A DNA stretch of 64,000 nucleotides from Prasinococcaceae sp. CCMP 1430. Taxonomy: Eukaryota > Plantae > Prasinodermophyta. The position numbers and the translations under genes are program-made. The notes under the pieces were generated by a model. It did no database searches. It worked only from the letters and a program-made list of their open reading frames with translations, and had not been told where the DNA came from. Location: positions 156,926 through 220,925 of the forward strand of contig RQSC01000022.1 in NCBI GenBank assembly GCA_013416795.1, written 5' to 3'. Numbering within the stretch: position 1 is the stretch's first letter; every line of letters begins with the position of its first letter. Below are positions 56,682 through 64,000 of this stretch, one piece after another.

Positions 56682-57326
56682 ATGGCGGCCAGTGAGGCAA
56701 AGGCGGCACCCGCCTATCAGGTCATCGACCATGTGTATGACGCCGTCATCGTCGGCGCGGGCGGCTCGGGCCTGCGCGCCACCATGGGCGCAGCAGAGGC
56801 GGGGCTGAAAACCGCCTGTATCACCAAAGTGTTCCCGACGCGGTCGCACACCGTTGCGGCACAGGGCGGCATCGCTGCCAGCCTCGGCAATAATTCCCCC
56901 GACCACTGGACCTGGCACATGTACGATACAGTCAAGGGTTCCGACTGGATCGGTGACCAGGACGCGATCGAGTACATGGTCCGCGAGGCTCCGGCCGCGG
57001 TCTATGAGCTCGAGCATGCCGGCGTGCCGTTCAGCCGCAACGACAATGGCACGATCTACCAGCGCCCGTTCGGCGGCCACATGCAGAACATGGGCGAAGG
57101 CCCGCCCGTGCAGCGCACCTGCGCCGCGGCGGACCGTACCGGCCACGCCATGCTCCACGCGCTCTACCAGCAGAGCCTGAAGTATGACGCCGACTTCTAC
57201 GTCGAATATTTCGCGCTCGACCTGATCATGGAAGATGGCGCCTGCCGCGGCGTGATCGCCTTGTGCATGGAAGACGGCTCGATCCACCGCTTCCGTTCGC
57301 ATGCCGTGGTGCTCGCCACCGGCGGC
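56682..57326 (+). other. sdhA: 5' ~215 codons of an alphaproteobacterial (Sphingomonadales-like) succinate dehydrogenase flavoprotein gene embedded in DDB1
   Basis: [71 protein letters not shown]. No transit peptide or intron; many A/T-ending codons unlike the flanks. Confidence 0.9.
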
Positions 57327-59231
57327 GGCGGCCTGACGCGCCTGGACGTCCTCTCGGGCGGCGAGCTGGCCCAGGGCGCGCACGTGCAGCTCGACTACGA
57401 GGCGGCGTGCGTGGACATCACTCCGGTTGGGGTGGGGGCGGTTTCGCCAAATGGGGGGGCGGGCGGCATGGAGGACGGCGGCGCCGAGCCGCGCGCGCGG
57501 CTGGCGCTGGTGGGCATGTGGACCGACCGCAGCGCGCGGGTGCTCGAGTTGCCCACGCTCAGGCAGCTCACGTCCGCCGAGCTCGGGGGCGACACCATCC
57601 CGCGCTCCGTGCTGCTCGCCGAGCTCGAGGGGGCCCCGTACGCCATGTGCGCCCTCGGCGACGGGAGCCTGGTGACGTTCGCGCTGGACGCCGCCACGGG
57701 CGCGCTCTCGGAGCGCAAGAGCGTCTCCCTCGGCACGCAGCCGATCACGCTGAGGCCCTTCAGCTCGAAGGGCTCCACGCACGTCTTCGCGGCGTCGGAC
57801 AGGCCCACCGTCATCTACAGCTCCAACCGCAAGGTGCTCTACAGCAACGTCAACCTGAGCGGCGCGGTGAGCCACATGTGCCCCTTCAGCTGCGGCCCGT
57901 TCCCCGACTGCCTCGCGATGGCGGCGGGGGGCGGCCTCACCGTCGGCACCATCGACGACATCCAGAAGCTGCACATCCGCACGGTCGAGCTCGGCGAGCA
58001 GCCGCGCCGCCTGGCGCACATGGAGAGCTCGCGCTGCTTCGCGGTGTGCACGGTGAACTTCGGGGGGGGGGACGTCGCCGTTGGCGGAGGGGGGGACGTC
58101 GGCATGGACGCCAGGGGGGGAGAGGGCGGGGGCGTCGCGGCGGCGACGCCGGCCCACCACCACCTCGAGGAGGAGGACATGGAGCAGTCGTTCGTGCGCC
58201 TCATGGACGACACCACCTTCGAAACGCTCGCGCGCTTCCCGCTCAAGCCGTGCGAGGACGGCGCCTCGGTGGTGACGTGCACCTTCGAGGGCGACGCCAC
58301 CGAGTACTTCTGCGTGGGCACCGCGTTCTGCCTCCCCACCGAGATGGAGCCCACCAGCGGGCGCATCCTGGTGTTCGCCGTGCGCGACCGCGCGCTCGTG
58401 CTCGCCGCCGAGAGGGAGGTCAAGGGCGCGGTGTACAACCTGAGCGCGATGGCCGGCCGCCTGCTGGCCGGCATCAACTCCAAGCTCGAGCTCTTCAGGT
58501 GGGCGCCGCGCGAGGACGACGACGCGGCGCACGCGCTCGTGGGCGAGTGCGGCCACCGCGGCCACATCCTCGCGCTGTACGTGGCGACGCGCGGCCACTA
58601 CATCGTGGTGGGCGACCTGATGAAGAGCGTCAGCCTGCTCATGTACAGGCCCGAGGAGAACGCCATCGTCGAGTGCGCCCGCGACTTCAACGCCAACTGG
58701 ATGTCGGCCGTGGAGGCGCTGGACGAGGACACCTTCGTGGGCGCCGAGAACTCGTACAACCTCTTCACGGTGCGCCGCAACGCCGACGCGGGCACCGACG
58801 AGGAGCGCCAGCGCCTCGAGACGGTGGGCGAGTTCAACTCGGGCGAGTTCATCAACCGCTTCCGCCACGGCTCGCTGGTGATGCGCGCGCCGGACTCGGA
58901 GGTCGCGGCGTCCCCCACGCTGCTCTTTGGGACGATCAACGGCGTGATTGGCCTGCTGGCGAACCTGCCGCGCGAGGCGTACGAGTTCGCGCACCGGCTG
59001 CAGGGGGTGCTGCAGGGCGTCATCCAGGGCGTGGGCGGCCTGAGCCACGCCGAGTGGCGCTCGTTCGTCAACGAGCGCAAGAGCGCGAGCGCGCGGGGGT
59101 TTGTCGACGGGGACCTCATCGAGGCCTTTTTAGATCTCAAGCGGGGGAGGATGGAGGAGGTCGCTCGGTTGATGGACATGGGCGTGGAGGAAGTGTGCAG
59201 GCGAGTGGAGGAGCTCGCGCGGCTGCATTGA
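57306..59231 (+). CDS. DDB1: DNA damage-binding protein 1, C-terminal part
   Basis: VVLATGGG...[12 protein letters not shown]...PRSVLL...LCALGDGSL...[23 protein letters not shown]...[21 protein letters not shown]...VGDLMKS...[13 protein letters not shown]...[14 protein letters not shown]...VEELARLH*. Confidence 0.95.
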   Translation: MVLATGGGGLTRLDVLSGGELAQGAHVQLDYEAACVDITPVGVGAVSPNGGAGGMEDGGAEPRARLALVGMWTDRSARVLELPTLRQLTSAELGGDTIPRSVLLAELEGAPYAMCALGDGSLVTFALDAATGALSERKSVSLGTQPITLRPFSSKGSTHVFAASDRPTVIYSSNRKVLYSNVNLSGAVSHMCPFSCGPFPDCLAMAAGGGLTVGTIDDIQKLHIRTVELGEQPRRLAHMESSRCFAVCTVNFGGGDVAVGGGGDVGMDARGGEGGGVAAATPAHHHLEEEDMEQSFVRLMDDTTFETLARFPLKPCEDGASVVTCTFEGDATEYFCVGTAFCLPTEMEPTSGRILVFAVRDRALVLAAEREVKGAVYNLSAMAGRLLAGINSKLELFRWAPREDDDAAHALVGECGHRGHILALYVATRGHYIVVGDLMKSVSLLMYRPEENAIVECARDFNANWMSAVEALDEDTFVGAENSYNLFTVRRNADAGTDEERQRLETVGEFNSGEFINRFRHGSLVMRAPDSEVAASPTLLFGTINGVIGLLANLPREAYEFAHRLQGVLQGVIQGVGGLSHAEWRSFVNERKSASARGFVDGDLIEAFLDLKRGRMEEVARLMDMGVEEVCRRVEELARLH

Positions 59232-59360
59232 TAGCTAGCGTTGACGTCGGTTGAAGTTCGTCTTGCTTAAATATCTCGCTACCTACAGTACGTGAAGCAA
59301 CTTGTTGTGGCGCGTTGGTTTTTTTTTGGTTGTGTGCGTGTGTGTTGTGTGTGTGCGTGC

Positions 59361-62300
59361 CTACACGTTGGAGGGCCCGGCGCCGGCCACTGGGCCAGCG
59401 CGCGCGGCGGCAGCCGTCGCGCCGCGCTTGTAAGCCACGGCGGCAATGGCCGCAACCACCGCCAGCGCCGCCAAGCAGCCCACGACGATGCCCACGATGG
59501 CTCCCGTCGAGAGGCCGCTGTCGCCGGAGGGTTCGTCCGAGTCGCCGCCGGTGTCCGTGCCGTTGTTGTCGGGAACGAGAGCCTCGTCGTCGGACTCGAT
59601 GACGGGCGGCAGCGTGGGCGTCGGCCCGGCGGGCACGTCGGGCGCGGTGCCGGCGGCGGCCATGAGCTGCACGTTGTCCACGGCGAGCGAGCGCGGGGTG
59701 GCGGACTGCAGCACGACGGTGGTCCACGAGGCGGTCGGGTCAAACGCGCGAAGGTCGACGTGCACGCGCTTCCAGCCGCTCTCGACGAAAGCGGGGTCGA
59801 GGTAGGCGGTATCGACCAAAACGGCGGGCAGCGCGATGCGGCCGCTCGAGAGGGCCGCGGTCGCCTCGCCGACGGGGGGCTCCAACATTCCAGTGCTGCG
59901 GGCGATGAGCTCCACGGTCACGCCGCCGTCCGCGCCCTCTCCTGCCATGAACACGTCCATCTCGAGCGCAGCGACGCCTTCCTTGACGCTGAATCCGGTG
60001 CCGTCCTCCTTTGTGGCGATGGACCACGCGCCGTGCGGCGCGCTGGTGTCGATCGCGATGGCAGCCGCCGAGCCGCTGCTGGTGAGCGCGGTGGAGTCGT
60101 AGTCGACCGCCGCGGACCAGGAGGCGTCCGCCCACCCAGCGGTTAGAGAATCGCCGTACAGCACGCTCGCCACCTCGAACACCTCGCGCTGGGGCACCGG
60201 CGCCTGCGCGGCGACCGCGTCGAGGTCGTACGCGGGCTGCGGCGCGCGGGCGGCGAGCACCACGTCGTCGAGCAGCAGCGAGATTGGTCCGCTCGCGGCC
60301 GCGTTGGAGAGCGCGAACGCGGAGACCGAGCCCACGGCGCCCGAGGCCACCTGCGAGGCCACGCGGAAGTTGGCGAGGGGGACGGACGCCAGCTGGAAGC
60401 CGGTGGCGTCGTCGGTGGTGCCGGTCATGTACGTCGTGAGCGGCTGCTTGATGCTGTTGATCGACACGGCGATCTTGGCGAGGTCGGACGGGTCGGCGCG
60501 CACCCACAGGAGCACGTAGCCCGCGAGCGGCATCGCGCCGTCGCCGTTGCCGTAGGCCGCGGTGGGAGTGAAGACCACGGACGCACCGGGCTGCATGTCG
60601 GTCGCGCTGAGCGCGCGCTCGCCCGAGTGGGCGGTTGGGGAGTCCGGGGTGGTTGGGGGGGTGAGAGAGACCGTCACGCCGTCCGTTCCATCCACGGTGA
60701 AGTGCTTGGAGGCTAGTGACTCGCCGAAGGCGAGCGCCGTCGCGTACATGCAGCCCGCAACACCCGCCGGCCCGGCTCCTTTTGCGACGCACGCGACGTC
60801 GGAGTCGGTGAGAGACGCCATGAGGTTGCCCGGCGCGCTCGCCAGCGGCGCGGCCGCGGGCTCGAAGGCCACCACGTCGTCGATCAGGAACGGGAATTGC
60901 GCCCCAGAGAACGACACGAACGAGATCAGGTTGTACCTCGCATGCGCGGACGCGGCGGGGAGCGACGAGGCCTCGATGTGCTGGGCGAGGTCCACCTTAA
61001 CGTAGGTCCACTCGTCGGGTGCCACCTGAAGCCCCGTGAGTTGGATCTGAACCGGCGCGGGCGCGTCGGCGCCGTCGCCCGCGAGCACGAGCGCGATCGT
61101 TGGGGTGGTGGGGGTGTCGGAGTTGGGGGCGCTTCGCACCCAGAAGCCGACGATCGCGCGAGCGCTGATGAAGCCGTCGGGGTTGGTGGCGCGGAGCCTG
61201 ACGGCGCCGTACGCGCCCATATCGGCGCGGATCGCCGCGTCGCCCGTGTGCACAGGCTCGAAGGCCTGCGAGGTCAGCGAGGCGCGCGCGTTGCGCTGCG
61301 CGAACGACTGCGGGTTGACGGCGCCGTCCGCGGCAATCGACGACGCGGCGCCGACGAACGGTACGCCGGGGCTCGAGACCTCGGCGAGCTCGGCGACGGT
61401 GAGGCTGTACAGGCCGGCCTCGCCCACGCCGAACCCATCCACCACGATGTGCACCGTCGCGCCGGCGGAGATGGGGACAGCGCTCACCACGGCGGCAGAG
61501 CCGCTCGGACACTCGGGCGGGGTGTTAGCGGCGTCGTCGGAGCAGCCGAGCACGTCCGCGTTGGGGTTGCTAGCAGCGTCCTTCAGCACGTAGATGACTG
61601 GGTCAAACGCGGGAACGCCGGCGGCCGCGTCACCAGTGGAGCAGACCACCACGCGGGCGAGCATGTCCGAAGAGGCCGTGAGCGCGTAGACGACGTCGGG
61701 CGAGCTGTGGGTGGCCTTGTCGTCGGAGTACTCGCAGCCGCCGAAGTTGAAGGAGTCGGTGTAGCCGCGAGTGTCGCGCGTGTCGGAGAAGAGTACGGCG
61801 GCGCCTTGGGCGTCCGAGAGGGCGATGAGGACGGGGCTCGCGAGGCTGTCGCCAACGCGCGTCGCCGCGTCCCCGTTGGGCGCGGCATCGGCGGGCGCGG
61901 CGGCCGCGATGGCCTGCACCTGCGAGTCGGACAGGCCGTAGTCGAAGTACGCAACCTCCTCAACCACCGAGTCCACACCGAGGGACGCGTCCCCGATGAC
62001 CAGGTCGGCCTCGGCGTTGGGCAAGAACGCGAAGGTGTTGGACAGGTTGCTGTTGCCGTTCACCCCCGTGGACACGAGCGGCACCTCGTCCTTCGAGGCC
62101 GTGGTGGAAATGGTTGCGTTGCCCTGGAGGACGTCGGTCACGAAGACCTTGGCGGCGCCCTGCGAGAGCACGCCGGTGACGTGCGCCCACCCGCCCGGCG
62201 ACGCCGCTCCCGTCGAGGCTGCGAACACCGCCTTGGTGCCCCCCGCGTCGGCGGCCACCACAGAGAAGTCCCAGGTGCAGTCAATGGCGTCAGAGGGGCC

Positions 62301-62608
62301 CTCCGACGGCGCACACTGCAGCGCGAGCTTGTACCCGGCGGTCATGGCGTCGTCTGCGCTGGCGGCGCCGGAGACGGAGCTGGAAGACCTGACCAGGTCG
62401 TGCGATCCCACGCCGGGCTTCTCGGCGAGCTTCACCCACGCAGAGACTGAGAACTCCGCCGCGTTGAGCTCGGCGGCGTACGGCACTTCCACCTCGGCCA
62501 CCACGGGCTTGCCGCACTCCGCGGCGGTGCCGCCGTGCGCCCTGGACGCGCCCGCGTCCGCAACGGCGACGCCGCAGGCGGCCGGGACCGCCGAGGGCCA
62601 GTAGGCCG
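59361..62608 (-). CDS. Type I membrane protein: LamG-like jellyroll, PPC-like domain, several CBM/galactose-binding-like domains, one TM helix; 5' end in gap 62609-62724
   Basis: FSVSAWVK...GWAHVTGV...LVIG...VEEVAYFDYGLSDSQV (LamG-like); SSPDVVYAL...FDPVIYV...GCSDD...VHIVVDGF (PPC-like); LYGDSLTAGWADASW; TM GAIVGIVVGCLAALAVVAAIAAVAY followed by KRG. Confidence 0.7.
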
Positions 62609-62833
62609 NNNNNNNNNNNNNNNNNNNNNNNNNNNNNNNNNNNNNNNNNNNNNNNNNNNNNNNNNNNNNNNNNNNNNNNNNNNNNNNNNNNNNNNNNNNN
62701 NNNNNNNNNNNNNNNNNNNNNNNNGCGCGCGCGCCGTCCACACACACACGCACGCACACACACACACACACAGTGTCACACACACACACACACACAGTGT
62801 CACACACACACACACAGTGTCACACACACAGTG

Positions 62834-62890
<57 letters not shown>

Positions 62891-63044
62891 GCCACACCCA
62901 CGCCCACGCCGCGTCGCGCGCGGCCCGCCGCGGTCCCCGACGGCGCGCGCGACGCGACCCTTCGCCTGCGCGTGTCTGGTGCGCCCGTTCGCAGCGGCGT
63001 TCCCGAGGGCGCGCGCGCGCGCGCGCCCGGTCGGATCCGCACGT

Positions 63045-63215
63045 CGAAACGCATTGGAAAGGCGCCGTATCAAAAAGCATTCGAAAAAGACAGCATCGAC
63101 GTCGGTAAAAACAGTGGAGAAGTTTTATGATGAGACGTCAAAACGTGTGAGGTTTATTTCAGGCACGTCGAACGAAACGCATTGGAAAGGCGCCGTATCA
63201 AAAAGCATTCGAAAA
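63045..63215. repeat. 43-bp direct repeat (63045-63087 and 63173-63215)
   Basis: cgaaacgcattggaaaggcgccgtatcaaaaagcattcgaaaa occurs twice, offset 128. Confidence 0.9.
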
Positions 63216-63449
63216 TGGCAGGACTGTACCAACAACGCGTCGACGCGACCTGGGCAAAAACATTCCCGAAGAGTTTGACTTTTCCCCGAAGTGTTGGAAT
63301 GACCCCTGACTAACCCCGAATTATCTTGGAGGGGGTCTCGTGTTGCCCTTTAAAGTCACATCTTACGGTGAAGGGGTTGAAACCCTTTAAAACCTGAAAA
63401 CTAAGCTTTGACCCAGGCCTACGCAAAATAGACCGGGTTGGGTGGGTGG

Positions 63450-63884
63450 GTGCGCGCGACAGCGCGCAAAGCAACAAGAGTGGCACACGCCGCGCGCGCG
63501 CCTCCTGCGCCAGATATTTTGATTTTTGGCCGCCCAGGCGCGTTCAGGGAACGCGCTCGGGGAACGACCGGCCAACACTGCAGTTCCACACGCGCTCGTG
63601 TGCAGACCCTCCTCTGACCCGATAACCCATATTAACCGAGGCTGAATATTACTCGTCAACTGAGATACGGCGCGACCCAGGCGTGTGCGCGCGACAGCGC
63701 GCAAAGCAACAAGAGTGGCACACGCCGCGCGCGCGCCTCCTGCGCCAGATATTTTGATTTTTGGCCGCCCAGGCGCGTTCAGGGAACGCGCTCGGGGAAC
63801 GACCGGCCAACACTGCAGTTCCACACGCGCTCGTGTGCAGACCCTCCTCTGACCCGATAACCCATATTAACCGAGGCTGAATAT
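63450..63884. repeat. Two 200-bp direct repeats separated by a 35-bp spacer
   Basis: 63450-63649 matches 63685-63884 (offset 235) with no differences seen by eye. Confidence 0.9.
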
Positions 63885-64000
63885 GCCAATATTTCTGGAG
63901 TGTTTTCACTCTACCCCCTAAGTGTCCCTCTAAGGCCGTTTCTTAATAGACCGCCGCGCGTTCGATTTTTCCACCCGGATCGGATCGGCGCGATCCGGCT

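Noticed and set aside
56660-57273. sdhA insert as a spliceable intron (GT at 56660, AG at 57272-57273)
   Set aside because: Phases do not match (0 vs 1), and no typical branch point or YAG is present.
56682-59231. SdhA-DDB1 fusion as a functional protein
   Set aside because: Both partners are truncated mid-domain and the junction is a 21-nt microhomology; kept only as a chimera/transfer finding.
63040-63884. CRISPR-like repeat/spacer array
   Set aside because: Only two copies of each repeat, lengths (43 and 200 bp) outside the CRISPR pattern, eukaryotic context and no cas genes.
1-64000. rRNA, tRNA or snRNA genes
   Set aside because: No conserved rRNA blocks, tRNA cloverleaf/T-loop or U-snRNA signatures were seen by eye; a covariance-model scan would be needed to exclude them.

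Overview
This is very GC-rich eukaryotic nuclear DNA. Green-lineage genes (ClpR, NDL, FHA2-like, DEL-type E2F) point to a green alga of prasinophyte grade; that assignment is inference. It holds about 25 densely packed, often spliced genes: FGGY/xylulokinase, NDL hydrolase, FHA protein, ACS-type MFS transporter, RluA-type pseudouridine synthase, ankyrin proteins, a secreted His-motif protein, CAAX/CPBP protease, atypical E2F, MORN protein, WD40 protein, a divergent Mago nashi, ClpR, isopentenyl-phosphate-kinase-like, subtilisin with SMB domains, complex I ESSS subunit, TraB, HVA22, DDB1 and a LamG/CBM-like membrane protein. There are no rRNA, tRNA or CRISPR features. The scaffold is a draft with N gaps, single-N joins and several apparently chimeric junctions at short GC-rich microhomologies. 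The clearest is about 650 bp of alphaproteobacterial sdhA inside DDB1; it is most likely a contaminant chimera but is testable. The most interesting biological signals are (1) introns with (GT)n at the 5' end and complementary (CA)n at the 3' end, (2) a Mago paralog altered at the eIF4A3-contact residues, (3) a template-switch inversion/duplication at the end of the WD40 gene, (4) fold-back/MITE-like elements and LTR-like direct repeats in AT-rich spacers, and (5) recurring intergenic motifs (ACGTCRAAACGCAT, TACCCACGGG, evening element).
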